Positions 10,343 through 20,523 are shown, counted from the stretch's first letter. The stretch: 64,000 nucleotides of DNA from a bacterium (GCA_030648955.1 JAUSHB010000006.1:11866-75865), one strand, 5' to 3'. Translations and numbers: made by a program. Notes: generated from the letters alone by a model not told the origin.

Positions 10343-10765
10343 TTATTGTCGTTCCGTATTCCCATTACTCCCCTTCCCGCCATTTTTTTCTAAATACTGC
10401 TTAACCTTACTGATTACTTCTCCGATTGAATAATCCACCTTAATAAGGTAGTCGACCGCGCCAAGTCCCATTGCACGATCACGGTCAGTTTGTTGACCTA
10501 GATTTGAAAGTGCGATTATGGGAATATTTGCTAGTTCTGGTTTCTTTTTTACCTCTTCTATCACCCAAAAACCATCACGTCCCGGTATCATAAGATCAAG
10601 GAGGATCAAGTCCGGTATTTCAATGGCGATCCCCGCAAAACCCGATGGACCATCTCGAAACACCTTAACATCTACATTTTCTTTCGCGAGTTTGATTTCA
10701 TAAACCTTTGAAATATGTTCGTCGTCTTCTATAATCACTATTTTTTTTCTTTTTTCTGTATCCAT
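10343..10765 (-). CDS. Single-domain response regulator (REC only)
   Basis: IIEDD, PDLILLDLMIPGRDG phospho-Asp, LSN, GAVDYLIK; no output domain. Confidence 0.92.
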   Translation of the reverse strand: MDTEKRKKIVIIEDDEHISKVYEIKLAKENVDVKVFRDGPSGFAGIAIEIPDLILLDLMIPGRDGFWVIEEVKKKPELANIPIIALSNLGQQTDRDRAMGLGAVDYLIKVDYSIGEVISKVKQYLEKNGGKGSNGNTERQ

Positions 10766-10826
10766 TGAATTTCTGTTATACGGAACGAATCTTTGACGAG
10801 TCTCAAATTACAAGCGTACGATTTCT

Positions 10827-11213
10827 TTAGATGTACGAAACCACCTTTGAAACCAATGTATCTAAATCATAGGCACTTTTAACCAGGTAGTCAACCGCCC
10901 CCAACTCGAGGGCTCTTTTCTTTGAATCGTCTCCTCCTGATACTGATACTACGATAACTTTTTTATCTTTATATAAAGGGTTTTTCCTCATGAGTTCAAG
11001 GAAATTGAGACCGTTCATTCCAGGCAATAAAATATCGAGCCAAATGAGCACAACGCTATTATTTTCTTCGAGAACTTTAAATGCGTCCTCCGCATTAAAG
11101 GTAGTTGCAATAGTATAGCCTCTTTTGTTCAACTTAAGAACAATGGCTTTATTAAGAGCTACGTCGTCTTCGACAACAAGAATTGTTTTCACTTCGGTAG
11201 ATTTTTCAATCAT
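10827..11213 (-). CDS. Single-domain response regulator (REC only)
   Basis: LVVEDD, LDILLPGMNG, GAVDYLVK; ATG 11213 preferred over ORF-track start 11243. Confidence 0.92.
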   Translation of the reverse strand: MIEKSTEVKTILVVEDDVALNKAIVLKLNKRGYTIATTFNAEDAFKVLEENNSVVLIWLDILLPGMNGLNFLELMRKNPLYKDKKVIVVSVSGGDDSKKRALELGAVDYLVKSAYDLDTLVSKVVSYI

Positions 11214-11354
11214 GTGTTTAGTATACCACAAACTATAAATCATTAACCATGCGTCTATGTAAAATAACTATTTTATTACAATTAAAGCGATCTCGTATTA
11301 CTCTAGGACACTCCCGCGGAATGTCTTTTTGTGCCTGCACTGTCTTTTATAGAA

Positions 11355-13829
11355 TCAGCTCATCTTCTGCGTAAGGGAAGGATGTTCGGGAACAGTAACA
11401 TTGAACGTTGTTCCCTTCCCTATTTCAGAATCAAACCACACCTTGCCTCCCCATGATTCGATTAATCCTTTTACTAACGAAAGTCCGAGCCCTGATCCAT
11501 CAGGAACCTTATTCAAGGCATTCTGAGCTCTGTAGAATTTTGAAAAGATTCTTGATTTTTCTTCATCCGGAATACCGATTCCATTATCTTGAACGCGACA
11601 GAGATATTCTCCTGCTCTTTTTTCAATACTTACGTTTATAATTCCGCCATTATTGGTGTATTGAATCGAGTTTGCAATCAGGTTCAAAAACACCTGTCGT
11701 AGCAATAATGGATCAAGGTCGATATCGGGGATATCTCCTTGTGGAAGTGAGACATTCATCGTAAGGGCTTTGGGGGAAAGTTGGGGTTTGAATTCTTCTA
11801 TAACTTCATTCATAAGTTTCACAATGTTCACCTTCTCCGTACTTTGCTTTAATGTTCCATTTTCTATTCTGGAAATTGATAACAAAAGATCGATTGTATT
11901 GTAAAGACGGAGTGTACCGCTATTGACCTCGGATGCAAAGTCTCTTTGCATTTCATTAAGAGGTCCCGCATCTTCTGAAAGAAGCATTTCGGAATACCAC
12001 CTAATTGAAGTAAGTGGCGTGCGTAATTGGTGCGATGCAATGGATATAAAACTTGATTTTGATTCATCGAGTGCTTTTTCTTTACTAATATCGCGAAACA
12101 CAATAACTGCGCCCATATCCTTATCTTTTACGAGCGGAGTAGCAAAAACTGCAACAGGAAATTCCTTTCCGGAATTTGTGCGAAATGAGTAGCGGTCTTC
12201 TAATCCAATCTCTATGGGCTGTTTCGTTGCAAGCACTCGCGCCATAAGACGATCGTCGTAGGGAATGTCCTTTCCATCTTTACGCGCCAAGATTACATCG
12301 TCTACCTTTTTCCCTATAATATCTTTCAAGGAAATATCAAGTATTTGTTCCGTCATCGGATTTGCAAGCGTTATAACATGTTCTTGGTTAACCAAAAAAA
12401 GTCCCTCGCCAACGGACGTAATAATCGACTGTAGCTCATTGCGTTGCAACTTAAATTTTTCTTTTAGCTCCCAAGCATCTTCGAGCACATTCACGGTTGC
12501 GCGTTTTGAATCTTCAAGGAATTTATTTTGTCGTTCGGTAGTTTCCAAGCTCGCCGCAAGGTCATGAGTTTTTTCAATCACTTTCTTTTCAAGATCAAAC
12601 TGAGCTTCATAGATGCGTACAAGCATGCGATTAAAAGCCCCCGCAAGGACTCCAATTTCATCATGCGTGCTTATGGTAAACAGGGGTAATATATTTGATT
12701 TATTTTTAATATCTATATGAGTCACAAAATCCGTTAGTCGCTTGAGGGGAGACACGACCAAAAAGGAAATGAGGAAATAAATAATCACACCGATGCCGAG
12801 AAGAAACGCAAGCCAGATCGCTATTAGATTCGTGATTTTATCCAAAAAGGCATATACCTCTCGCTTCTCTACCTCAACAAGAATCCATAGATTTAACGTT
12901 GGTGACCATGTATACCCACCAAGCACATTGACCGCATTGTGGTTGATATACTCTACGAGACCACTGTCGCCCACGAGTGGACTCCCTCTTCCCCAGAGTT
13001 CAAACGTAGCGCCAACCTCCTGAATGTTCTCATGATCCTCTGTATCGTGTACATGTTCTTCGGCAAGCACTTGCCCATTTTGAGAAATGAGGTAGAGCTC
13101 TGTGTGTGTTTGAAAAAAACCGGTAGATAAAAATGGCTTTGTAAATTCCCTCATGGGCACATCCCCCGCGAGAAATAATTTGGTTGAACCATTTTCTGTG
13201 AACAGGCGTGTAACAACAGTGACAACTTGATCATCATCACCCCCTTCGTTATATATCAAAAATGTTTCATCGTTAGAATGTATTGAACGTGCATGAGATC
13301 TGGTGTTTTTGTACAGATCCATGTACGTTTGCGATCCCTGTGATATGTCTGTGTTCATTGACACTATCAACTTTTCCCCAATTGCATCAAAAATGTAAAT
13401 ATTCGTAAATACCCCCGCCGTGTGAGCGTCCTTACCCACCATAGAGACCAAATATTCTCTTAGCGCATTTTGAACACCGAGCTTTGTTTTTGGTGGTGGC
13501 GTGTCTTCTTGACTAGGTATGCTATGCAACATTTCTACTATTTCTTTAGACCCTGTGAAGTTTGACTTGAAAACAATAAGGTGTCCTCCCAAATCCGCGT
13601 AGTAATCACTGATTGATTTATCTGCGATATCAACGGATATTTGCATCTTCTCGTGTATTTCATCTTTGCTAAATGAACTCACGCTCAAAAACATATAAAT
13701 ACCCGCGGCAAATAAAGGCAAAAATCCTGCGACTGCCACCAACGTTGCAAGTTTGTATGTAATACCGAAACGAACCCGCATTTCGGTATTTATTTTTCGC
13801 TGTTTCTTTTTATTGTTTTTAAAGATCAT
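11355..13829 (-). CDS. Membrane sensor histidine kinase: TM, Cache-like domain, TM, HAMP, coiled coil, PAS, HisKA, HATPase_c
   Basis: HAMP PLKRL...DEIGVLAGAFNRM; PAS ending VFRDIS; H-box ASHQLRTPLT; N-box NLIANSIQY; DNGIGI; GSGLGL. Confidence 0.95.
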   Translation of the reverse strand: MIFKNNKKKQRKINTEMRVRFGITYKLATLVAVAGFLPLFAAGIYMFLSVSSFSKDEIHEKMQISVDIADKSISDYYADLGGHLIVFKSNFTGSKEIVEMLHSIPSQEDTPPPKTKLGVQNALREYLVSMVGKDAHTAGVFTNIYIFDAIGEKLIVSMNTDISQGSQTYMDLYKNTRSHARSIHSNDETFLIYNEGGDDDQVVTVVTRLFTENGSTKLFLAGDVPMREFTKPFLSTGFFQTHTELYLISQNGQVLAEEHVHDTEDHENIQEVGATFELWGRGSPLVGDSGLVEYINHNAVNVLGGYTWSPTLNLWILVEVEKREVYAFLDKITNLIAIWLAFLLGIGVIIYFLISFLVVSPLKRLTDFVTHIDIKNKSNILPLFTISTHDEIGVLAGAFNRMLVRIYEAQFDLEKKVIEKTHDLAASLETTERQNKFLEDSKRATVNVLEDAWELKEKFKLQRNELQSIITSVGEGLFLVNQEHVITLANPMTEQILDISLKDIIGKKVDDVILARKDGKDIPYDDRLMARVLATKQPIEIGLEDRYSFRTNSGKEFPVAVFATPLVKDKDMGAVIVFRDISKEKALDESKSSFISIASHQLRTPLTSIRWYSEMLLSEDAGPLNEMQRDFASEVNSGTLRLYNTIDLLLSISRIENGTLKQSTEKVNIVKLMNEVIEEFKPQLSPKALTMNVSLPQGDIPDIDLDPLLLRQVFLNLIANSIQYTNNGGIINVSIEKRAGEYLCRVQDNGIGIPDEEKSRIFSKFYRAQNALNKVPDGSGLGLSLVKGLIESWGGKVWFDSEIGKGTTFNVTVPEHPSLTQKMS

Positions 13830-13865
13830 TGTATGTGCTGTTTATAGGGCACTCGCTTTTTCTCG

Positions 13866-15545
13866 TTATGGTGAATTGAACTTCTTCTTAAGTTCTTCTA
13901 ATTCCTCCTTGATTTCAACCATCCGAAGTTCGCGACCAATCATCAATCGATTGGCTTCTTCAAGTTGAATCGTCTTTGATTTGAGCACTTCTTCATCTAT
14001 TTTATGTTTTGTAATATCGCGACAGTTACAAACAATGCCGTTGACGACAGGATTATTAAGGAGGTTTTTGCCCAGTGCTTCAATGGTGCGCCAAGTACCA
14101 TCCTTGTGGTGAAAACGAAATTCAACGGTGTGCGTTTCCTCTGGCTCTCCCACCACCTTTTCAAATGTCTTTTTTATCCCAGGGAGATCATCTTCGTGCA
14201 TATGCTCAAAAATCTTTTTTCCCTTGAGCTCATCCGGATTATACCCCAAGATTGCAGAAAAAGAGGGACTCGCATACGATACCGTACCATCTTTCCCGAT
14301 TACCGTGACCATATCAACGGAATTTTCACTGAGCGTTTGATAATATTTTTTTTCTATCTCGAGTTTTTCTTCAGTAATCTTATTTTCCGTTATGATGAAC
14401 TGTATGCTCACATATCCCGTAATAATCCCTTTCGTGCTGATTACGGGAACAATAATCGCGTCAACCCAATACAACGAATCATCCTTAGCTTTATTTTTAA
14501 TTTGTCCGTGCCAAACACGACCTTTCAAAAGATAGTTATGCCACATGTCATCAAAAAAAGCTTGCGGATGGAATTCTGAGCGTAACACGCGGTGATTATT
14601 TCCAATCAATTCCTCTCGAGAATATTTAGAGTTTTGAATGAACGTATCGCTTACATAAAAAATATTACCGCGTTCATCTGTTTGAGAAACAATGGCGATA
14701 GAATTCATTGCATCGAGAATCGTTTTAAAATTCTTGGGAAGTACATCCGGAGACGTGTTCTTGAGAACAAATGAGTGCACTGATGCTTCAACGATTGTTT
14801 CATGAAGAGAGGATGTGGTACTATCTTCACTGCGATAGCCAGAGAATTCTTCAACATGAATGTCGTCATGTGTAATCCCCATTTCCATAAGTGATGCCAA
14901 AGAAAACCGTACCATCCCTTCCGGTCCCGCTACATACCAAAGGGCATTTTTTTCGTTTTCTACAATCTTTTTCAACTCGTAGAGCGTAAGGTCTCCCTCA
15001 ATATACTGCACTGAAATATTTGGATTTCCTTGTGAAAACTCATCGAGATCTTTGCGATACGCCCTTGTTTCTTCGTCCTTGCTTACATAAAGTAGCGTAA
15101 TCCTATGAGGAAGTTTATTTTCATAAGAATACCGCAAGATACTCAAAAAGGGAGTAATACCGATGCCCCCGGCTATACACACAATGGGACGAGAACTGTC
15201 CTCTGGAATAAAGAAGGAGCCCAATGGATCACTTACGTGAACCACCGAACCAGTTGCCATTTCAAGAATGCTTTTTTTAAATCCGCTTCCGGAAATACGA
15301 AATGCTATCGTGATAACATCATGATTATTTGGTGATGATAAAATCGAAAAATCCCTTCCATTTCCCCTGGGATCCTGGAATATGAGGCTGGGAAGCATTA
15401 TGTGGACATATTGTCCCGGCGTAAAGGGTAATTCTTGTTCGACAATTTCTGACGACCCACCAACAGACTTACGACCAAAAGTAATCTCTATAGTTCCCCC
15501 AGCGACAACTCTTCGGTCTATGATTGGTAAATGATACTTAGACAT
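13866..15545 (-). CDS. Ferredoxin-NADP reductase-like flavoprotein fused to two PAS domains and a C-terminal RELRM helix
   Basis: FTPGQY, RDFSILSSP, AGGIGITPF, YVAGPEGMV, EEFSGY (FNR family); PAS1 ...WHGQIKNKAKDDSLYWV; PAS2 ...FRFHHKDGTW...RDIT; ends LMIGRELRMVEIKEELEELKKK. Confidence 0.85.
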   Translation of the reverse strand: MSKYHLPIIDRRVVAGGTIEITFGRKSVGGSSEIVEQELPFTPGQYVHIMLPSLIFQDPRGNGRDFSILSSPNNHDVITIAFRISGSGFKKSILEMATGSVVHVSDPLGSFFIPEDSSRPIVCIAGGIGITPFLSILRYSYENKLPHRITLLYVSKDEETRAYRKDLDEFSQGNPNISVQYIEGDLTLYELKKIVENEKNALWYVAGPEGMVRFSLASLMEMGITHDDIHVEEFSGYRSEDSTTSSLHETIVEASVHSFVLKNTSPDVLPKNFKTILDAMNSIAIVSQTDERGNIFYVSDTFIQNSKYSREELIGNNHRVLRSEFHPQAFFDDMWHNYLLKGRVWHGQIKNKAKDDSLYWVDAIIVPVISTKGIITGYVSIQFIITENKITEEKLEIEKKYYQTLSENSVDMVTVIGKDGTVSYASPSFSAILGYNPDELKGKKIFEHMHEDDLPGIKKTFEKVVGEPEETHTVEFRFHHKDGTWRTIEALGKNLLNNPVVNGIVCNCRDITKHKIDEEVLKSKTIQLEEANRLMIGRELRMVEIKEELEELKKKFNSP

Positions 15546-15552
15546 ACATTCG

Positions 15553-17136
15553 CTATGATTTAGGGTTAAGTTTTTCGGTAAGCTGTAAAATTTCTTTTTT
15601 TAGCTCTATCATTCTCAATTCGCGCTCAATGGTAATCTTGTTTATTTTAGTAAGTTCATTAATAGTGTGCGTCATTTTTTCTTCCGCTTCTTTCTTTTCA
15701 ATTTTCTGAGCAATAATGCCTGCAACAGATTGAATAAACGAAACGTCCTGGGAAGAAAATGTTCTTCGTTTTATAGAGTACACACTAAGGACTCCATATG
15801 GCTTGCCGGTGTTTTTTGGAATAACGACACTTACGCCACTTGTTATACCATGTTCTGCTAAGTGAGGAGGTGCCTGAAAGCGCTGTTCTACTTTGAAGTC
15901 TGTAACAACAATTGGCTCATCTGAAAGAAATGTATATTCTACTTGCGAGTTTTTTCCCGCTTCGACAATAGTGTTCCCCAACATGCCTTCTCTCCATCCA
16001 GCGCCGATAACAAGACGCAACGCTTTGCCGTCAGGGAGAAGCTCAAGAATACTGACGTAGTCAACCCCTAAGCTTGCCCTAATCTTAGAAACCCCATCTT
16101 GCGTGAACACTTGAACATTCGATTCAGTAATCGCACTTCTGCTGAAGTCTGCCACAAATGCCTGCTGGCGAATACGTAACGAAACAGCTTTGTTTGTGTT
16201 TATAAGTCTTCGATTAATACTGCGCAACGCCAGCAAAACAATAACACCGAGTACGCTAATCAATGTGGCGTAAATTTTAATCTGATTGATTGCTTTAAAT
16301 ACATCACTTCGGTTTTCTTCAAGGATGACCAAAAATTGAGGGCCGGAAACATAGCCTCCCGCAGAGAGAACGCGAACACCTTTTTCATTTTTATACGTGT
16401 ATCTATCGTCAAGCGAAGATGTCGTTTGTTTTGCTTGAAGCGTATCGATCACAATACGCCGCGACATGTAGCCCGGGTTTTTAAGCACCAAGGATGTATC
16501 CGGATCGCTGATCAAAACTCCCTCACTGTCGACAATATATAGTTTTCCCGTTTGTGCAAGTTTAATACTCCCAACATCCTTAAACATTTCATTCACATTA
16601 AATTCAGCAGAAATAACACCGGCAAGAGCTTCATCTGATGTGTAGAAAGGAACACTGGCAATAATATGTGGCTCAAGGTTTGCTGAGATTGTTACAGAAG
16701 ACCATGCTGGTCTTCTGGTTGTTATCGCTTCCATAAAATTATGGCGCGTACTAATATTCTCATACGTGAGCAGATTCGTGGGTTTAAACTTATCAAACTT
16801 AATAATTTCTTTGCCGGAAGGATCGGTAAGAGAAACTGCCTTAACATTATCCCCCTTGAGTACGTTTTGTAGTACGAGACTATTTTCCTTAGCCTCAAGA
16901 TCCGGGATAATGTATTGAGACGATACCTGAAGTCCTAGAATATTATTTTCGAGAAATAACTTTATTCTTGATAGTGCGATTTCAATCGTACGTTCCTCAA
17001 CAATGTTTATGTTGCTCCGAAGAAGCGTAAGCGTAGGGAAAAGCCAAATAAGGTTACCGAGCACCACGAGAGAACCCAGGAATATGTATACGTGTGAAGA
17101 ATAATTGCTTTTTGTGGTGCCCATAGGCAGAATCAT
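15553..17136 (-). CDS. Membrane sensor with Cache-like and GAF domains and a C-terminal RELRM helix; no output domain
   Basis: Two TM helices around a dCache-like domain (LYIVDSEGVLISDPD); GAF (GITSGVSVVI...PYGVLSVYS...FSSQDVSFIQSVA); ends ITIERELRMIELKKEI. Confidence 0.8.
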   Translation of the reverse strand: MILPMGTTKSNYSSHVYIFLGSLVVLGNLIWLFPTLTLLRSNINIVEERTIEIALSRIKLFLENNILGLQVSSQYIIPDLEAKENSLVLQNVLKGDNVKAVSLTDPSGKEIIKFDKFKPTNLLTYENISTRHNFMEAITTRRPAWSSVTISANLEPHIIASVPFYTSDEALAGVISAEFNVNEMFKDVGSIKLAQTGKLYIVDSEGVLISDPDTSLVLKNPGYMSRRIVIDTLQAKQTTSSLDDRYTYKNEKGVRVLSAGGYVSGPQFLVILEENRSDVFKAINQIKIYATLISVLGVIVLLALRSINRRLINTNKAVSLRIRQQAFVADFSRSAITESNVQVFTQDGVSKIRASLGVDYVSILELLPDGKALRLVIGAGWREGMLGNTIVEAGKNSQVEYTFLSDEPIVVTDFKVEQRFQAPPHLAEHGITSGVSVVIPKNTGKPYGVLSVYSIKRRTFSSQDVSFIQSVAGIIAQKIEKKEAEEKMTHTINELTKINKITIERELRMIELKKEILQLTEKLNPKS

Positions 17137-17137
17137 G

Positions 17138-18145
17138 TTAGTTTACAATTTGGGATGCAATACTTTTTATTTCTTCCGAAAACGTGACGCCGATTTCTTT
17201 CGCATTCTTAATACTCAACACAAAATCAATTTTACTCGGAGTTTCAAAAGGAAGTGCTCCGGGATCTTCTCCTTGGAGAACTTTCTCGGCGATACGCGCA
17301 AGTGATCTTCCCATGTCGGCGTAATCTGGTCCATATGAAGCAAGGGCTCCGCCATTGAGTGCTGCTTTGTCGGGCATAATGATTGGTAATTTATTCTCCC
17401 GCGCAACCTTGAGAAAGAGGTCCGACTGTGAAAAAAGCGTTCCGTGAGGATAGAACATGAGCGCGTCAAATTTTTTCCAATCCACACCCATAAAAGCGTC
17501 TTCAATTTCTTTTCGTCCCGGATTGGTAAGAGAAAATTCAGTTAGGGTAATGCCTAGTTTTTTACTTAATTCCTTGCCGATAGGTCGAGCTATCGCTGTA
17601 GGACCGCACGTAGTATCATAAAACATTGCAATATTTTTTATAGACGGAATCATTTTTTTGATAAGCTCAATCCGTTTGGGGGTAAGCTCAATACTTTGGT
17701 GCGAAATACCAGCAATATTGATTCCAGAACTTTGAATTGATTTAAAATACCCGTGAGCGATAGGATCTCCTAACGCAGTCAATATGGGGATAGTTTTTGT
17801 TTTATCCGCAAGATCAAATGTTGGTCTGGTAGAAATGGTGGCAATGAGATCTGGTTTTTCAGCAATAGCTTCATCAATATACGTTTTGAGTTTTTCCTTA
17901 CTTCCTTCAGTATTCTTATAATCAATGACGATACTTAATCCCTGCTCATGATGTATTTTCCTAATCTCTTTCATGAAACTATCCAAAAAAATCGTGAATG
18001 TTTCTCCGCCAGGATTTAATACCACAATGTGGTGAGTATGGACTGTTTCTTCCCCCCCTTTTATGCCCCCATGCTCGTAAACATACCATACTGCAATACT
18101 AAGAATAGAAAAAACGAGTACGATCAAAAATAATTTTTTAGGCAT
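17138..18145 (-). CDS. ABC-type substrate-binding protein (ABC_sub_bind-like)
   Basis: N-terminal anchor; KPDLIAT, TKTIPIL, KRIELIKKMIP, GALASYGPDY, PGALPFETP, KNAKEIGV. Confidence 0.85.
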   Translation of the reverse strand: MPKKLFLIVLVFSILSIAVWYVYEHGGIKGGEETVHTHHIVVLNPGGETFTIFLDSFMKEIRKIHHEQGLSIVIDYKNTEGSKEKLKTYIDEAIAEKPDLIATISTRPTFDLADKTKTIPILTALGDPIAHGYFKSIQSSGINIAGISHQSIELTPKRIELIKKMIPSIKNIAMFYDTTCGPTAIARPIGKELSKKLGITLTEFSLTNPGRKEIEDAFMGVDWKKFDALMFYPHGTLFSQSDLFLKVARENKLPIIMPDKAALNGGALASYGPDYADMGRSLARIAEKVLQGEDPGALPFETPSKIDFVLSIKNAKEIGVTFSEEIKSIASQIVN

Positions 18146-18435
18146 GTATTCTAGTATTTTGAGGAAGTTTACAAATCTTAAAATAAAGTAATTGTTTACG
18201 GAAAGATGAGGTCACGCTCCCCATTAAGATCTGGCGACAGTTTAATATGTGTATAGTATACTAGAACCAAACATAAATCCAAAGGGAGAAGGCTCCATCT
18301 AATTAAGTATGTGCGCAATGACACAATGTGTCTCAAGAATTACCACAAAGAAGTCAGGTAGAGATAAAAATTCCCACACTCTAATCGCATCATTAGATTA
18401 TCACCATATCCACTCGATTAAATACAGAGATATAG

Positions 18436-18444
18436 TGGTATAAT
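18436..18444 (+). promoter_or_regulatory. Extended -10 promoter for the pilM operon
   Basis: TGGTATAAT 65 nt upstream of ATG 18510. Confidence 0.55.
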
Positions 18445-18509
18445 CTTTAAGTATGGCGTAATTTCAGATCCCCAGTATCTGCCGTACGCAGGAATAGACT
18501 TAATTTAAA

Positions 18510-19946
18510 ATGAACTTTATTAAAATTTTCACACGAGAGGAGTCAATCGCGGGTCTTGAAATAAGCGAGACTCATCTGAAGCTCGCGTTTCTAACCCTCG
18601 AAACTTCTCACAAAAAAGAACAGCCAACCCTACGTATCAAAGCACTCACCGAAGAACCTCTACCGGGGGGCACTATACAAGATGGCGAAGTTCTCGATAG
18701 AGAAGCATTGACAGCTTCCCTTATTAAACTCCTCAATAAATCACCGAGTGTTAAATATTTTATTGTTTCCATACCGGGGAATAAACTTTACCAAAAGATT
18801 TTTCCATTTCCCCAGACTATTTTAGAAGAGCGCCTTGTTGACGCGATGAAATTGGTGACGACATTCCAATTACCCTACGCGGAAGATACGGCCTATGTTG
18901 ATTGGGAAAAATCATCAAATAATCTGCACAATGAAGTTTTTCTTGCCACTGCCCCCAAGACTGTTGTCGAAGGATTTTTATCAGCACTTGATCGTGCGGG
19001 GGTCAAAACAGTTGCGCTCGAATCACACACAATGAGCTTGGCTCGAGTAGTAGAACATGAAGACCAACCTATTCTGGTATGTAACACCGGAAAAACAGAC
19101 ATCACATTCTCGGTGGTAAAAAATGGTATTCCACGATTTGAAAGAATCACCCCAATTTCTCTCTTGGGTGAAAAATCCATGAGTATGGAGATGGAAAAAA
19201 TTAAAAAATTTTATGAGGTTGAATGGAGGGAGGTAATTACGCGCGTAATTGAACTTCCCCATGTTTCGCTTTTTCACTCACTTGCGCTTGAGTTGAAACG
19301 TTTTGGCGGGGAGAATAATACAACAGCATGGGTAATTGCTCTTGGGGCAGCCATGCGCGGACTTCTCCCGCGAGCAGAAGATACCATCGTGAGCATGCTT
19401 CCCGTAGGTACCGAAAAAGCATATGAGTACCAGAAGGCGGTAGCATTTTCAAAATTTATCACCAACACCACAATCGGTCTTGCGCTATTCTGGACTGCAA
19501 TATTTTTCAGTTCGTGGATTCTTTTGTCGGCAATTCAACAAGATTCCAATAAAGAACTCTCGTCACTCTCATCGCTTCCCTCTTCAGCGGAAAACTTGGC
19601 TCTTGAAGATCGGGCGCACGAATTTAACGCACTCGCAAGGCGAGCAAATTCTATTATTGCCACATTTCCCGCATGGAGTATGGTTGTTGAGGATGTTAAA
19701 GCCCATAGCGTGAAGGGTATCACTATTACCAATGTTTCATTCGCCACCCCTGATTCACTTTTTTCATTAACCGGCATAGCCGCAACACGCGCCGATATTA
19801 ATATATTTAAAAAATCGATGGAAACTTCAAAGATTTTTACCGAAATGACCATTCCCCTTACAAACCTTGAACAACGAGCAAATATTTCTTTTTCAGCAAC
19901 ATTCCGCATGATCGATCCGAATGTCTTGTATCAAGGTAACAAGTAA
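18510..19946 (+). CDS. pilM: PilM-PilN fusion (pilus alignment complex)
   Basis: IAGLEISET, L.GGTIQDGEV, VALESH.MSLAR actin-like fold, then a TM helix and a PilN-like domain (LTGIAATR...F...LTN...FS). Confidence 0.8.
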   Translation: MNFIKIFTREESIAGLEISETHLKLAFLTLETSHKKEQPTLRIKALTEEPLPGGTIQDGEVLDREALTASLIKLLNKSPSVKYFIVSIPGNKLYQKIFPFPQTILEERLVDAMKLVTTFQLPYAEDTAYVDWEKSSNNLHNEVFLATAPKTVVEGFLSALDRAGVKTVALESHTMSLARVVEHEDQPILVCNTGKTDITFSVVKNGIPRFERITPISLLGEKSMSMEMEKIKKFYEVEWREVITRVIELPHVSLFHSLALELKRFGGENNTTAWVIALGAAMRGLLPRAEDTIVSMLPVGTEKAYEYQKAVAFSKFITNTTIGLALFWTAIFFSSWILLSAIQQDSNKELSSLSSLPSSAENLALEDRAHEFNALARRANSIIATFPAWSMVVEDVKAHSVKGITITNVSFATPDSLFSLTGIAATRADINIFKKSMETSKIFTEMTIPLTNLEQRANISFSATFRMIDPNVLYQGNK

Positions 19947-19959
19947 AAAAAACTTATTT

Positions 19960-20523
19960 ATGCTTACTCGACGACAACTTTTAATAACCCTGGGTAAACA
20001 TTTTTTTGTGATGATCACAGCCATCATCGTAGCATCTATTGCCATATCCATACTCAGTAGAAATATTACGTCAATCGGAGATTCCCTCATTGAAAAAAAA
20101 CGACTATCGATCATACTTTCCAAACGAGGCGAATATCTTTCGGGACTCAAGCGAGATTTTAATGTTGTGGGCGAAGCAGACAAAAGGATTATAGAAGCAT
20201 CCCCGCCTTCTGATAATATTCTCCCTTTTGTCGCCATTCTCGAAAACATAGCGGATCAGACATCAGTACAACAGTCGTTTAAATTTGGAATTCCATCGCT
20301 CACGGGTGAAAAACAAAACGGTATGGAAATCGCAACCATAGACTACTCAATTCGCGTAAACGGAAACGTACATACCCTGATTAATTATTTACAGCGGTTT
20401 GAGTCGCTCCCCTACTTTTCAACAATCTCAAGTATAACCATATCCGGAGGTGGAACACGGGGCTGGGAAGAAACTGCTCAGGCAACAATTGAAGCAAAAA
20501 TCTACACACTGTCGAATCAATAA
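19960..20523 (+). CDS. PilO-like pilus assembly protein
   Basis: N-terminal TM, coiled coil, GNVHTLINYLQRFESLPYF; follows pilM-N. Confidence 0.7.
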   Translation: MLTRRQLLITLGKHFFVMITAIIVASIAISILSRNITSIGDSLIEKKRLSIILSKRGEYLSGLKRDFNVVGEADKRIIEASPPSDNILPFVAILENIADQTSVQQSFKFGIPSLTGEKQNGMEIATIDYSIRVNGNVHTLINYLQRFESLPYFSTISSITISGGGTRGWEETAQATIEAKIYTLSNQ

